NCBI GenBank assembly: GCA_963674825.1
Contig: OY771587.1
Span: 640,001-704,000 of the forward strand
DNA length: 64,000 nucleotides
Source of the DNA: Candidatus Cloacimonadales bacterium
Lineage (GTDB): Bacteria; Cloacimonadota; Cloacimonadia; Cloacimonadales; JAIOQZ01
Reading direction: 5' to 3'
Position numbers and translations under genes: made by a program
Shown here: positions 32,161 to 43,958 of the stretch, one piece after another
How positions within the stretch are numbered: position 1 is the first letter of the stretch
Layout of the letters: each line of letters begins with the position of its first letter
Notes under the pieces: generated by a model
The model's database searches: none
Told to the model about the DNA's origin: nothing
Seen by the model: the letters and a program-made list of their open reading frames with translations, nothing else

Positions 32161-32165
32161 CTCTT

Positions 32166-32193
32166 TCGTAACTCGTAACTGGTAACTCGTAAC
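32166..32193. repeat. Heptamer tandem repeat T(C/G)GTAAC x4
   Basis: TCGTAAC TCGTAAC TGGTAAC TCGTAAC. Confidence 0.9.
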
Positions 32194-32198
32194 TTTCT

Positions 32199-33422
32199 CT
32201 ACTTCCCATCGCGTATCAGATCGACAGGATCGAACTTCGTCGTGCGAAACGCGGGATAGACGCTCGCCAGAATCGCAATCACAAACGCGATGACCGGCAC
32301 GAGAATCATATCTGAAAGCCGCATTTCGACCGGTACAGTGCTGAGCGGAAAACCGGGTACAGGAATTTGTGCCCAGTGCCACTTCTGCTGCGAAAAAAGC
32401 ATTGCCAACGCAGATACATAGCCCAACGCAATCCCGCTGAGGCTGATCATCAGTCCACCAACGGTAAAGATACGAACCACCTCCTGGCTGCCCATACCAA
32501 CTGCCTTGAGAATGCCAAGCTCCTTGCGCTTTTCCACCACCGTCTTGAGAAAACTACCGGAGATGTTCAGCGCTACGATAACGAACATCAAGCTCAGTAC
32601 CGTGAACATGACAATCTTCTCGATTCGGATCGCCGTAAAAAGGTTTTTCTCGAACTTACTCCAGTCTTCCACTGCATAGTCGTCACCAATAACATGGGAA
32701 ATCCTGTTGGCTGTTCGCATGGCACGATCAGCATTTACGCTACGAATCTCTAGTCGGTCGATCTCATCCGTATAGCCCAGAAAATAGCGTGCGTTCTCAA
32801 GCGAGACCAACCCGTAGAGCTTATCATAATCAGGCATGCCGGTTCGAAGTAATCCAACAACCCGGAAGTTATGTGAACGTTGCAACAGACCGAACGGCCC
32901 GGGTTCGATACCCAGCGGTGTGGATAGCCGTACTTCCTCTCCGACCGTTACACGCAGATCCAGCGATAGATCCATGCCCAGTAAAATCCCGTTATCGTCC
33001 AGAGCTGCCTGATCGGGATCGCCGATGATAATCTGATCTTGGAGGTCCGTTATCTTCATGTGTTTTTCGAAATCAATGCCAATACAGCGAATTGCCCCAA
33101 CCTGATCGCGATGCTGGATCAAAAGTTCGCTCCGGCATACAGGTGATACGCCTTTCACATCGGGCACTTCTTCGATCTTCCTCATAACAGGCTGCCAGTC
33201 TTTCATCGGTCCATAATTGGCGCTACTGACTCGTATATCCGATTTGAAGCCGATAACTTTCGATCGCATATAGCGCTCGAAACCGTTCATGACTGAAGAT
33301 ACCACCAGCAATGCAAAAACACCCAGCGAGATACCAAGCAGTGCCAGCATGCTGGTCAGATTCAGCGTAAAACGCCGGCGACCTTTCAGGTATCGCGAAG
33401 CTATCCAGGTCGATGGCTTCAA
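32199..33422 (-). CDS. lolC: Lipoprotein-releasing ABC transporter permease LolC/E family
   Basis: IASRYL, GISLGVFALLVVSSVMNGF, EKRKELGILKAVG, ASVYPA. Confidence 0.88.
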   Translation of the reverse strand: MKPSTWIASRYLKGRRRFTLNLTSMLALLGISLGVFALLVVSSVMNGFERYMRSKVIGFKSDIRVSSANYGPMKDWQPVMRKIEEVPDVKGVSPVCRSELLIQHRDQVGAIRCIGIDFEKHMKITDLQDQIIIGDPDQAALDDNGILLGMDLSLDLRVTVGEEVRLSTPLGIEPGPFGLLQRSHNFRVVGLLRTGMPDYDKLYGLVSLENARYFLGYTDEIDRLEIRSVNADRAMRTANRISHVIGDDYAVEDWSKFEKNLFTAIRIEKIVMFTVLSLMFVIVALNISGSFLKTVVEKRKELGILKAVGMGSQEVVRIFTVGGLMISLSGIALGYVSALAMLFSQQKWHWAQIPVPGFPLSTVPVEMRLSDMILVPVIAFVIAILASVYPAFRTTKFDPVDLIRDGK

Positions 33423-36400
33423 TATTCCGCGCCATTTGGAGACGAATTGAGTAGTGTCTCCAGCATACTCTTGAGCTTCTGTACGTTATATGGTTTCATA
33501 ATAACATCGACAAATCCGGCTTCCTTTAAATCGCCAACAAGACGAACCTCTGAATATCCAGTCGTCGCGATCGCTTTGATCTGTGGATTAATCTCCCGCA
33601 TGTCTTTCAAGATTTCAATACCGCCCTTTTCACCCGGAATCGTGAGATCGAGCAGAAGCAAATCGTAAGGTTCCTCCGAATTAAGCGCTTCTTTGAACAT
33701 CTCCATCGCTGGAGCACCTGAAAGCGCTGTATCGATGTGGAAACCCAGATGTTTTCCAAGACGTTTCAACATGTCACAGATCTCTTTCTGATCGTCCACC
33801 GCAAGTATTTTCCCAGTAGTTCTGATAATCGTGCGAGTCGGGCTGGTTTCTTCGCGCGTCGCTTCGGATGCAGGCAAAAAGATATCAACAGTCGTAAATT
33901 CACCCTCTTTGGATTTGACCATAATCTTACCCTTGTGTTTTCTAATAATTGAATGCACCACGGCAAGCCCGAGCCCATGCCCGGTCTCCCTCGTTGTAAA
34001 ATAAGGATCGAAAATTCGTGGAAGAATCTCCTCCTTGATCCCCACACCCTGATCCGTTATACTGATATGAACATAATCGCGTAAATCGTTTGGCGCATCT
34101 GAACCTTCGATTTCACGGCAGTTAAATCGGACATTCTTCGCATACACTTTCACGGTTCCACCGTTCGGCATCGCCATACTGGAATTTAACACAATATTGT
34201 GAATTGCCTGGTTGAGCTGGTTTTTATCGGCAAGAACATTCTTGAGATCATCAGGATGATCGAACGAACAAATCGATTTAGATCCCCGCAGCGCAAAATA
34301 CGCTGAATCCTTGATCAGTTCATCCAATGAAGTCGATTCGAAAATCGGCGCTCCCCCTTGTGAGAATGTCAGAAGCTGGTTTGTCAGGGACTTCGCCCGT
34401 CGAACAGCGTTTACCGTCTCGTCCAGATTCTCATATTCCGGGCTCAATCGATTGGTATTCATCATGACCATCTCGATATTTCCCTGCATGATTAGAAGCA
34501 GGTTATTGAAATCGTGCGCGATTCCGCCGGCAAGTATTCCGAGTGAATCAAGCTTCTGCATCCGTATCCGTTCTTCATTCAGGTGATCACGATCCGTGAT
34601 ATCGAATGCGATCTTTAAAAGTGACTTTGATCCGTCGAATTCCTCGAATGGAATCACCTTGATCAGGTATTGCCGATCATCTCGATCATGCCATTCGAAC
34701 GTCGCTGCCTGACCATTCTCGAGAAACTCGTCTGTGTTGCACAAATCACATTGAGTATTTCTGCCCATCATCAATTCATGACAGGTTCGATTGTTGAAAT
34801 CCCCATATCGCTCAACAAACGCATGGTTTGCATAGCTGAGAACATGATCCGCTCCTTGAATAAAGACATGTGCCGGAAGAAGATCAAGAATTGAATAGAT
34901 CCGTTGTTGTTCCATTCGCATCCGGCCAAGAACCATCTCTTTCTCACTAAGATCATTGCCGACTGCAATTATGCTAATCGGATCGCCATTTTTGTCTCGA
35001 ACAAGCGTTGTCGTAATATTCAATGGCTTTTTACCATCCTGAACGGTCTTGAACAAGACATCACCATTCCAGTAACCCGATTTGTTTACCGTATCCCAAA
35101 CCCGATTGGCTTCCTCGCGATCAATAAACAAATCGTTGATACTTTTTCCTACAATCTGCATCGGATCATTGAATCCCAGATGCCAAACTGCCGCTTTATT
35201 AGCATAGGTCACAATCCCGTTCATGTCGACGATTCCGATGCCATTCACTGATGATTCGAGCGCGGCGTCTTTCACGCGGAACATGTCTTCGGAAAGCTTT
35301 CTCATTGTGATGTCTTCAAGAAGGCCAAGAATATAGGAGTTCGATCCGAACGTATCGATGATCGGAACCTTCTTCGTGCTCACCCAGGCAGATTTGTACT
35401 TCGTTTTTATATACACTTCGTCATGTTTATCAACTTCTCGTTGCCGAATCACTTCGAGATCGCTCTGCCTGTATTGGTCAGCCAAATTGCGGTCGGGATT
35501 TATATCGTGATCATTTCTCCCTATCGCCTGTTCTCGCGGCAGACCGATAATCTTTTCCAGTTCACGGTTCCAAACAATGAACCGGAAATCATCATCGACA
35601 TGCTTCACATAGACACCAATCGGTAGATTCTCAATGATCTGCTCAAAAAACACTTTTTGCGACATCAGCTCATGCTCGGCAGATACCCATTTGGTAATAT
35701 CGATCATCGATGCGATGCGCTCCATCGTCTTTTCATTGACGCTGATGCTCATATGTATATGAAGAATCTCTCCACGCCGATTGTACATCTCGAAGTTATA
35801 CTCGGAAGGAGGATCCCCTTTCTTCTCGGAACGCAGGTGATGATAGGCAGCCATACGTTCAAAATCTTCAGGCGTAATGAAATCCTCAAGTTGCCGAATT
35901 CCCTCGATTTCCTTCTTGGCAAAGCCAACCAGTTCTTCGAACTTTCTATTGCACCGCGTGATTATACCATTATCGCCGAACATGCACATTGCCGTTCCTG
36001 AATGCTCGAAAATTAGCCTGTATTGCATCTCTTCGTCATTGACCATCTCGGCGATTTCTCGCTGGTCTGTTATCGGTACCAGAAAGATATGGATATCATC
36101 TTCATTAGCTGGATGAATCCCGATCATACGCAATGGGATGACGCTGAAATCCTTACAAGTTATGCAATGTGTTATCTCGTGTGTGTTACGAGCTTCAAGC
36201 CGGGGAAACATGTTATTAAGCATTTCAGCAATTTCAGGTGGAAACGAGTTATCTACCGTGCTATTGGTTAAATCTACATCGTTAGTTTTAAGCCAGTCGA
36301 ATGCCGCGCGATTCATCTTCACGATCCTCGCTGGCTTCGCTACAACGATATGTGGTATATTGGCAATCGAGCACAAGAGCTCAAGAGTCGGCACTTCATC

Positions 36401-36427
36401 CATTGTCTTCGAGGCTGATTGAGACAT
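33419..36427 (-). CDS. Multi-PAS hybrid sensor histidine kinase
   Basis: Several PAS/PAC; AHDFNNLL; DQGVG; GHGLGL; C-terminal REC (LLDLTIPG). Confidence 0.92.
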   Translation of the reverse strand: MSQSASKTMDEVPTLELLCSIANIPHIVVAKPARIVKMNRAAFDWLKTNDVDLTNSTVDNSFPPEIAEMLNNMFPRLEARNTHEITHCITCKDFSVIPLRMIGIHPANEDDIHIFLVPITDQREIAEMVNDEEMQYRLIFEHSGTAMCMFGDNGIITRCNRKFEELVGFAKKEIEGIRQLEDFITPEDFERMAAYHHLRSEKKGDPPSEYNFEMYNRRGEILHIHMSISVNEKTMERIASMIDITKWVSAEHELMSQKVFFEQIIENLPIGVYVKHVDDDFRFIVWNRELEKIIGLPREQAIGRNDHDINPDRNLADQYRQSDLEVIRQREVDKHDEVYIKTKYKSAWVSTKKVPIIDTFGSNSYILGLLEDITMRKLSEDMFRVKDAALESSVNGIGIVDMNGIVTYANKAAVWHLGFNDPMQIVGKSINDLFIDREEANRVWDTVNKSGYWNGDVLFKTVQDGKKPLNITTTLVRDKNGDPISIIAVGNDLSEKEMVLGRMRMEQQRIYSILDLLPAHVFIQGADHVLSYANHAFVERYGDFNNRTCHELMMGRNTQCDLCNTDEFLENGQAATFEWHDRDDRQYLIKVIPFEEFDGSKSLLKIAFDITDRDHLNEERIRMQKLDSLGILAGGIAHDFNNLLLIMQGNIEMVMMNTNRLSPEYENLDETVNAVRRAKSLTNQLLTFSQGGAPIFESTSLDELIKDSAYFALRGSKSICSFDHPDDLKNVLADKNQLNQAIHNIVLNSSMAMPNGGTVKVYAKNVRFNCREIEGSDAPNDLRDYVHISITDQGVGIKEEILPRIFDPYFTTRETGHGLGLAVVHSIIRKHKGKIMVKSKEGEFTTVDIFLPASEATREETSPTRTIIRTTGKILAVDDQKEICDMLKRLGKHLGFHIDTALSGAPAMEMFKEALNSEEPYDLLLLDLTIPGEKGGIEILKDMREINPQIKAIATTGYSEVRLVGDLKEAGFVDVIMKPYNVQKLKSMLETLLNSSPNGAEY

Positions 36428-36598
36428 AGTATTTCCTTGGGCACATGATTACCACACATTTCATATCCAATCTCATTTTGATCAAGGAAAAAAATGCGGT
36501 TCACTCTCTTCTCAAATTTCCTTTCCCTTTTTTATCAAGAATTTCTTGCCTGTAAATACCCGTGTCCAGTATAAATGCATTGCGTAAAGGAGGATTGG

Positions 36599-39532
36599 AT
36601 GAGATACGTTACAAGGCTTGTCCTGGTCAGTTTACTTTTTGCCGCTTCGCTTCTGGTAGCGGCCGAAATGCCCGATTTTAAAAAGATCATCGAACGTCAG
36701 CGAATCAGCGAAATGAACCGCTGGAAACAGGCATCCGAACTTCGCGCCGAGACAGATCGACCCATGGATTATTACGACACCCATGGCATGACGATCGATA
36801 TCACGCTCGATTTCGAGACGGAAACCTTTAACGCAATCTGCACACTCGAAATCGAATCGCTCGAGGACAACCTCGATCATTTCAGCTTCGATTACGATAA
36901 TAGTTACTACGTCCAGTCGATAAAACTAGACGGTGTCAATCTCGAATGGGTTCCAGAGGATACAGTCGTATCAGCTTTCTTCAACGAATCCGTGCAAGCC
37001 GGAGAGATCTTCACCATCGAGGTGGAATATTTCTCTCTGCCTGAAAACAGGCTTGAAGACGGCCTCAAATTCGAATATCACGCAGGCGTCCCGGTTGCCT
37101 TCACCATGTGCTCGCCACGTGGTGCACGTAAATGGATACCCTGCAACGACACACCGGCGGATAAAATCGATACAGTCGATCTCTATATCAGCTATCCGAC
37201 CGAATACCTATCGGCATCCAATGGAATCCTGCAGGAAACCATCGATAACGGCGACGGCACCAAGACCGATCACTGGCACGAATCCCACCCTGTAACCTCC
37301 TACCTTATCTCGCTGGCAGTAACCAATTACGAAATCAGCAGCTTCACCTTCGAATGGGAAGGGCAGACCATGCCCGTCGATAACTATGTATATCCCGAGC
37401 AATACGATGTCGCGGTCAACCTGTTCAATCAGAGCGCGGATATGCTCGCCTTCTATTCGTCCATCTACGGTCCTTACCCCTTCCTGGACGAAAAATACGG
37501 CCACGCGGTCTGCACAAGCCTCGGCGCTACTGCCATGGAACACCAGACCTGCACATCGTACAACGCAGGCAGTATCGGTGCTGACGATGCATCTTACACT
37601 GTTGCTCATGAACTCTCCCACCAATGGGGCGGTGACTGCATCTCCATCAACGGATGGTACGACGTCTGGCTCAAGGAAGGATTCGCAACCTATTCGGAAG
37701 CGCTCTGGGCAGAGTACCAGTTCAGTACTGAAGGTCTTATCCAATACATGGAAGACCTTGATTCCGGAAGCCAGCTCGATCCCTGTATCTACCGCGATCC
37801 AGAGGGTTCTGCCAACGAAATCTTCAACTGGGTTGTTTACGCCAAAGGTGCCTGGGTCATGCACATGCTGCGCGGGGTAATCGGTGACGATAACTTCTTC
37901 CAGACCCTCTCCGGTATCCTTGCCGATCCGGAATACCGCTATGGCAACTACAATACCGACCAGTTCCGCGACTACGCAGAAGAAGTTTCCGGGATGGACC
38001 TCGACTGGTTCTTCGATTGCTGGTACTGGAATGAAGGGCGACCACGCTATTCATACACAATCTACTGCTCGGAAGACAGCGACGACGCCATCCTGGGAAT
38101 CTTCTCGGAAGGCACTGCCGGCGCTGACTTCGACATGATGATCCCTTACGAATGCAACGGTGCGGTCTCAAGCATCTTCGTACCGGCCGGCATGGGGCAT
38201 TACACGTTACTGGGAACCAACTCAACCTACGATATCGTTATGGATCCCTACAGCTTCGTTCTCGATGCAGGTTTTGCCCTTCAACAGCCCACCCTCAGCG
38301 AAATCCCGCAGCGGGACGGTAAAGTCGGCCTCGTGTGGGAACCGTTCTTCGATGAGGAGATTGAAGGCTATCATATTTACCGCAGCGAGAATGGCGATGA
38401 ATTCATCCGGATAACGGATGAACCGCTCGATGCCACCTCATGGCTGGACGAAAACCTCAATACCGAGTCCGAATACAGCTATAAAATCAGCGCTGTTTAT
38501 CAGGGATATCAGTCCAATTTTTCCAATACGATTGTAACGCAACCGATCGATTATTCGTTAGATATGGGGATAATGATCGTGGATAATTCAATGGATTACA
38601 ATACCGGAACGCTGCCCACGGATGAAGAAATGGATGCGTTCTATGACGACCTGATGTTGCATTACAATTACACGGCATGGGATGTCAGCGACCAGGGGTA
38701 CCCTCCGCTTTCGGAGATGGGAAAATACTCAACCGTAATCTGGCACGCGGACGATATCCAGCAAATGCCACTGGTGGACGACATATACAGGCTCCAGAAC
38801 TACACGCTCGCCGGCGGAAACCTCCTGATCTCGCAATGCAAGAAGACCTCCGCCATGCAGCCTGCCATTCTCGACCAGTTCTTCGAAATCACGGGCGTCA
38901 CCTACAACAATCAACCTGATTTCATCGGCGCGATTTCTGCAGATACCAGCGAATTCCCGAACATTCCCATTGATCCTGACCGGCTGCCGCTTCCCAATTG
39001 GACCGATGCAATGGGATACGTCTCTCGCTTCGAGATCGACGAATCGGTCGAGGTGCTTTACACCTACGATTCCATCAGCGATGACCCTGACTGGGAAGGC
39101 CAACCATGCGCTTTCAGGCTTCAGAATCCGAACATCATTCTGCTCGGTTTCCCGCTCTACCACATGATGGCTGCCGAAGCACAAACTTTCATGCAGGATG
39201 TACTGCATGCTTTCGGGGAGCTCGATCCCGCCGTCGATGACCCCACAGCTCCTCAATATAGCACCGATGTAACGCTATATCCGAATCCGTTCAATCCGGA
39301 ACTGAATATACGCCTCTCGATGGAGAAACCGGGCCTCACAGAGATTCGCATCTACAATGTTCGCGGCGAACTGGTTCGTTCATACGAACCGGAGATGCTG
39401 GACGCAGGCATTTACACCCGCGTCTGGGATGGCTGCAATCAACAGGGAAATCCTGTTTCATCAGGAATATACATGGTCCGCACAAATCATGCCGACAAGG
39501 TAAGTGTAACCCGTGCGGCGCTAATTAAATAA
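36599..39532 (+). CDS. Secreted M1-family metallopeptidase with Fn3 and FlgD_ig/T9SS-type C-terminal domain
   Basis: Signal peptide; AMEH exopeptidase motif; HELSH...WLKEGFATY; YAKG; C-terminal YPNPFNP...IYNVRGELV...SSGIY; AGGAGG RBS before ATG36599. Confidence 0.9.
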   Translation: MRYVTRLVLVSLLFAASLLVAAEMPDFKKIIERQRISEMNRWKQASELRAETDRPMDYYDTHGMTIDITLDFETETFNAICTLEIESLEDNLDHFSFDYDNSYYVQSIKLDGVNLEWVPEDTVVSAFFNESVQAGEIFTIEVEYFSLPENRLEDGLKFEYHAGVPVAFTMCSPRGARKWIPCNDTPADKIDTVDLYISYPTEYLSASNGILQETIDNGDGTKTDHWHESHPVTSYLISLAVTNYEISSFTFEWEGQTMPVDNYVYPEQYDVAVNLFNQSADMLAFYSSIYGPYPFLDEKYGHAVCTSLGATAMEHQTCTSYNAGSIGADDASYTVAHELSHQWGGDCISINGWYDVWLKEGFATYSEALWAEYQFSTEGLIQYMEDLDSGSQLDPCIYRDPEGSANEIFNWVVYAKGAWVMHMLRGVIGDDNFFQTLSGILADPEYRYGNYNTDQFRDYAEEVSGMDLDWFFDCWYWNEGRPRYSYTIYCSEDSDDAILGIFSEGTAGADFDMMIPYECNGAVSSIFVPAGMGHYTLLGTNSTYDIVMDPYSFVLDAGFALQQPTLSEIPQRDGKVGLVWEPFFDEEIEGYHIYRSENGDEFIRITDEPLDATSWLDENLNTESEYSYKISAVYQGYQSNFSNTIVTQPIDYSLDMGIMIVDNSMDYNTGTLPTDEEMDAFYDDLMLHYNYTAWDVSDQGYPPLSEMGKYSTVIWHADDIQQMPLVDDIYRLQNYTLAGGNLLISQCKKTSAMQPAILDQFFEITGVTYNNQPDFIGAISADTSEFPNIPIDPDRLPLPNWTDAMGYVSRFEIDESVEVLYTYDSISDDPDWEGQPCAFRLQNPNIILLGFPLYHMMAAEAQTFMQDVLHAFGELDPAVDDPTAPQYSTDVTLYPNPFNPELNIRLSMEKPGLTEIRIYNVRGELVRSYEPEMLDAGIYTRVWDGCNQQGNPVSSGIYMVRTNHADKVSVTRAALIK

Positions 39533-39562
39533 AGTAATTATAACCAATATGGAGTGACTATT

Positions 39563-42115
39563 ATGGATCGTTTACATAATATAACCCTCGATCGCGACAA
39601 GCTCCGGCTATCGCACCTGATCAAAAACTACGGCGATAATATGGACGCCGAAACCCTCGTGCGAGATTTCGCGGAACGCTTGCGATACAGCCTATGTGCA
39701 GACCGCTATTCCGCTTCACCATACGACTGTTTTATCAGCTTCGCACTCGCAATTCGCGACTGCCTGACCGCACGCTGGGTACGAACCCAACAGGAATACT
39801 ACAACCAGGACGCCAAGCGCGTTTATTACCTCTCCATGGAGTTCCTCACGGGCAGAACATTGGGCAACGCCATGATCAACCTCGGTATCTGGAATGAAGG
39901 TATTGAAGCGCTTAGCAAGCTCGGCCTCCAGCTGGAAGACATCCGCGAACTGGAGTGGGATGCGGGACTCGGAAACGGCGGTCTCGGTCGTCTGGCAGCT
40001 TGCTTCCTGGATTCGATGGCAAGCCTTCAGCTCCCTGGATACGGCTACGGAATTCGCTACGAATACGGCATTTTCACCCAAAAGCTATGGGACGGATTCC
40101 AGATCGAAACGCCGGACAACTGGCTTCGCTACGCCAATCCGTGGGAAGTGGAACGCCCGGAATTCATCTACCCGGTAAAATTCTACGGACGCCTGCACCA
40201 ATACCTCGATCCGAAAGGAAAATGGAAAGTCGATTGGGTTGACACGCAGGACGTGATGGCCATGGCATACGATACGCCGGTACCAGGTTACCGCAACAAC
40301 ACGGTGAACACCCTGCGCCTGTGGTCGTCCAAATCAACGCGTGACTTCAACCTGCAATACTTCAACAGCGGAGATTATATCCGCGCCGTAGAAGAGAAGA
40401 ATAATTCGGAAACGATAACCAAAGTGCTCTACCCGAACGACAACAACATGCAGGGCAAGGAGCTGCGCCTGAAACAAGAGTACCTGTTCGTATGCGCAAC
40501 ATTACAGGATATCCTGCGCCGGTTCGAGAAGGTTCACACCAACTACCACGATCTGCCGGGCAAGGTCGCCATTCAGCTCAACGATACCCATCCTGCGCTG
40601 GCGATTCCCGAACTGATGCGGCTGCTTGTCGATGAGCGGGAGCTCCCGTGGGATACCGCCTGGGAAATTGCCCGTAAAACATTCGCATACACCAATCACA
40701 CCGTGTTACCGGAAGCTCTGGAGCAATGGCGCGTTGACCTGATGGAGCGCTTATTGCCGCGTCATCTTCAGATTATCTACGAAATCAACCGCCGCTTCAT
40801 GGATCAAGTGTGGTCCACCTACCCTGGCGATATGGTTCGTATGCGCAATATGTCCATCATCCGCGAGGAACCGGTCAAGACAGTGCAAATGGCGAAGCTC
40901 GCAATCGTGGGTTCGCATTCTGTCAATGGCGTTTCTGCACTGCATACCGAGATCCTCAAAGACGACATCTTCAAAAGCTTCTACGACATGATGCCTGAGA
41001 AATTCAACAACAAGACAAACGGTATCACACAACGCCGCTGGCTTAAGCTCTCCAACCCGAAGCTCTCCGAGCTGATCGATTCGGCTATCGGCAAGAAGTG
41101 GACGAAAGACCTCTTCGAGCTGAAGAAACTCGCTCCGTTGGCTGACGACGCCCTCTTCAGGGATCGCTGGGCTCAGGTCAAGGAAGAGAATAAAGTAGAG
41201 TTCGCCCAGTGGGTGGAAGAAACGCACGAAGTCCGCATCAACCCGAAATCGATGTTCGACTTCCAGGTGAAGCGTATCCACGAATACAAGCGGCAACTGC
41301 TCAACGTGCTGCACGTAATCGACCTATACAACCGTATCCGCATGAATCCGAAGGAAGATCACCTTCCGCGCACCGTGTTCATTGGCGGAAAAGCAGCTCC
41401 GGGATATCACGTTGCCAAGCTGGTAATCAAACTTATCAACTCTGTGGCGCGCATCGTCAATAACGACCCGCGCGTTCGCGGCAAGCTCAAGCTTGTGTTC
41501 CTCACCAACTACAACGTCTCCATGGCACAGCGTATATTCCCGGCTTCCGAGCTTTCGGAACAGATTTCCACCGCGGGACGCGAGGCATCAGGTACCGGAA
41601 ACATGAAGTTCGCACTCAACGGCGCGCTGACCATCGGAACACTGGATGGCGCGAATGTAGAGATCAAGGAGGAGGTCGGAGACGATAACATCTTCATCTT
41701 CGGCCTCAACGCCGAGGAAGTGGAGAACCTGAAGCGCTCCGGCTACAATCCCAGAACATACTACGAAGCCAATCCCGATCTTAAGCGTGTGCTCGACATG
41801 ATCCACGACGGCTATTTCTCGCCTGACAAGCCGGATCTATTCCATCCGCTTGTGCAATCACTGCTTGATCGCGACGAATATCTGCTTTTAGCCGATTTCG
41901 ACTCCTACGTCAACATGCAGCGCAAGGTGGAAGAAGCCTATCGCGACAAAGAACGCTGGACACGGATGTCGATCCTGAACGTGGCCTATAGTGGAAAGTT
42001 CTCATCAGACCGCACAATCAAAGAATACGCAGATGAAATATGGAAAGCCAAACCCATCGATGTACCGCTTACGGACGTCGATGTCCTTATCGAAACAGGA
42101 GATGAAGAGATATGA
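39563..42115 (+). CDS. glgP: Glycogen/starch phosphorylase
   Basis: [38 protein letters not shown] (PLP lysine). Confidence 0.97.
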   Translation: MDRLHNITLDRDKLRLSHLIKNYGDNMDAETLVRDFAERLRYSLCADRYSASPYDCFISFALAIRDCLTARWVRTQQEYYNQDAKRVYYLSMEFLTGRTLGNAMINLGIWNEGIEALSKLGLQLEDIRELEWDAGLGNGGLGRLAACFLDSMASLQLPGYGYGIRYEYGIFTQKLWDGFQIETPDNWLRYANPWEVERPEFIYPVKFYGRLHQYLDPKGKWKVDWVDTQDVMAMAYDTPVPGYRNNTVNTLRLWSSKSTRDFNLQYFNSGDYIRAVEEKNNSETITKVLYPNDNNMQGKELRLKQEYLFVCATLQDILRRFEKVHTNYHDLPGKVAIQLNDTHPALAIPELMRLLVDERELPWDTAWEIARKTFAYTNHTVLPEALEQWRVDLMERLLPRHLQIIYEINRRFMDQVWSTYPGDMVRMRNMSIIREEPVKTVQMAKLAIVGSHSVNGVSALHTEILKDDIFKSFYDMMPEKFNNKTNGITQRRWLKLSNPKLSELIDSAIGKKWTKDLFELKKLAPLADDALFRDRWAQVKEENKVEFAQWVEETHEVRINPKSMFDFQVKRIHEYKRQLLNVLHVIDLYNRIRMNPKEDHLPRTVFIGGKAAPGYHVAKLVIKLINSVARIVNNDPRVRGKLKLVFLTNYNVSMAQRIFPASELSEQISTAGREASGTGNMKFALNGALTIGTLDGANVEIKEEVGDDNIFIFGLNAEEVENLKRSGYNPRTYYEANPDLKRVLDMIHDGYFSPDKPDLFHPLVQSLLDRDEYLLLADFDSYVNMQRKVEEAYRDKERWTRMSILNVAYSGKFSSDRTIKEYADEIWKAKPIDVPLTDVDVLIETGDEEI

Positions 42116-43122
42116 TCGTATTAGTCACCGGAGGTGCCGGCTATATCGGTAGCCATGCATGCCTGTCGCTGCTCGAAGCCGGACACGAAGTTGTCGTTGT
42201 TGATAATCTCTCAAACAGCAAGGAAGAATCGCTGCATCGCGTGGAAAAGCTTACTGGAAAATCGTTGATATTCCATCAAATCGACCTGCTTGACGCGGAA
42301 GCGCTGGATCAGGTCATCGAAGAGAGCAAACCGGACGCAGTCATCCATTTCGCAGGATACAAAGCTGTGGGAGAATCGGTAGAAAAACCCATGATGTATT
42401 GGCACAACAACATCACAGGCACCATCAACCTTCTGCAAAGCATGCAGAAGCACGGCGTCAAAGTGATTGTGTTCAGCTCGTCGGCAACCGTTTACGGTGA
42501 ACCGGAAAAGGTACCCATCACCGAGGAATTCCCGCTCAAACCCTACAGTCCCTACGGCTGGACCAAGTTCACGATCGAGCAGATGTTGCGCGATCAATTC
42601 ATGGCGCATCATGACATGAGCATCGCGTTGCTGCGCTATTTCAACCCGGTGGGAGCGCATCAATCAGGTATGATCGGCGAAGATCCCAACGGCATCCCGA
42701 ACAATCTCTTCCCCTTCATCTCACAGGTACTTGTGGGACGCAGACCAGAGCTGCGCGTATTCGGAAACGACTACCCTACGCCTGATGGTACCGGAGTTCG
42801 CGATTACATCCACGTGATGGATCTGGTGGACGGGCATGTCGTCGCACTGGAGAAGCTGCATGGCAAGCCCGGACTATACACCTACAACCTCGGTACGGGA
42901 ACCGGATGCAGCGTGCTGGATACGCTCCATGCGTTCGAGAAGGTTACCGGGCGTGAGATTCCGTATAAAATCGTGGATCGTCGTCCCGGCGACGTGACAA
43001 CCTGCTACGCTGATTGCAGCAAAGCAACCGAAGAATTGGGGTGGAAAGCAAAGCACAATCTGGAAGAAATGTGCGCGGATTCTTGGCGCTGGCAGTCGCA
43101 GAACCCGAACGGTTATCTCTAA
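42112..43122 (+). CDS. galE: UDP-glucose 4-epimerase
   Basis: [38 protein letters not shown]. Confidence 0.96.
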   Translation: MIVLVTGGAGYIGSHACLSLLEAGHEVVVVDNLSNSKEESLHRVEKLTGKSLIFHQIDLLDAEALDQVIEESKPDAVIHFAGYKAVGESVEKPMMYWHNNITGTINLLQSMQKHGVKVIVFSSSATVYGEPEKVPITEEFPLKPYSPYGWTKFTIEQMLRDQFMAHHDMSIALLRYFNPVGAHQSGMIGEDPNGIPNNLFPFISQVLVGRRPELRVFGNDYPTPDGTGVRDYIHVMDLVDGHVVALEKLHGKPGLYTYNLGTGTGCSVLDTLHAFEKVTGREIPYKIVDRRPGDVTTCYADCSKATEELGWKAKHNLEEMCADSWRWQSQNPNGYL

Positions 43123-43901
43123 TCGACCAGGAGAAGTTTGCCGTAACTACTGGAAGAATCCAGCTTTACGCGATAGAAATAGACACCTGCTGAAAGCGAT
43201 TTTCCGCTATGGTCGCGAGTGTCCCATAGCACGGACGCGGATGTCGGATGAAGCGTTCGCACCTTCTGTCCGACAACATTATAGATATTGATGGTACAGG
43301 ACCGGTATTCCGGCAGTGACAGCCTCACGTCGGAACCGGTCCTCACCGGATTGGGAAAGAACTCGATCCGCTCTGGACAGTCTTCGATTTCCTCATCCGG
43401 GATACTGTTTATAGGCACAAGCATGAAATTGATCACGATCGCTGTATCGGCACTAACGTACACATCCTGTTCTACGACGCCCTCGTAACCATCCGCTTCA
43501 CAGATTACATCGTATGTCTCCGGCATCAATTGCACACAATAATCTCCCCACATATCACTCACGGTAGAGCAGGTATCCGCTGAAATTATCGCGCCGCGCA
43601 TACCAAACTGGGTGCTACTGTCCGTTACCGTACCCACGATGAACGATCTCGCATCATTCTGGTAGATCGCGTTTCGAGGACAGACTTCAACACAATCGCC
43701 GCAACCGTCGCATAGGGACTGGTCGATACGCATGGAGTGGAGTTCGTTGTAGTACGTTATCGCGTTATTAGGGCAGACCATCGCGCATTCGGCGCAACCG
43801 TCGCAGATACCTGGATGGACTTGATAGGTGTCGCGCACCGATCCTGCAAATAGAATGAAGCCGAAAACGATCAGAAGAAGGGCAATCATCGCATGACGCA
43901 T
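43119..43901 (-). CDS. Signal-peptide 2x[4Fe-4S] ferredoxin + carboxypeptidase-regulatory-like domain + T9SS/FlgD_ig-type tail
   Basis: CDGCAECAMVCP and CDGCGDCVEVCP; GTVTD...GA.I; FFPNP...IYNVVGQKVRTL...SAGVYFYR. Confidence 0.85.
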   Translation of the reverse strand: MRHAMIALLLIVFGFILFAGSVRDTYQVHPGICDGCAECAMVCPNNAITYYNELHSMRIDQSLCDGCGDCVEVCPRNAIYQNDARSFIVGTVTDSSTQFGMRGAIISADTCSTVSDMWGDYCVQLMPETYDVICEADGYEGVVEQDVYVSADTAIVINFMLVPINSIPDEEIEDCPERIEFFPNPVRTGSDVRLSLPEYRSCTINIYNVVGQKVRTLHPTSASVLWDTRDHSGKSLSAGVYFYRVKLDSSSSYGKLLLVD

Positions 43902-43958
43902 CGTGCCTCCTCATCCGGGACGACTTTTATAGATGCAATTCGGGTGCCGAAAGTGGAA

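Noticed and set aside
32008..32382. 124-aa minus-strand ORF
   Set aside because: Overlaps lolC out of frame and simply translates the REP-like and heptamer repeats
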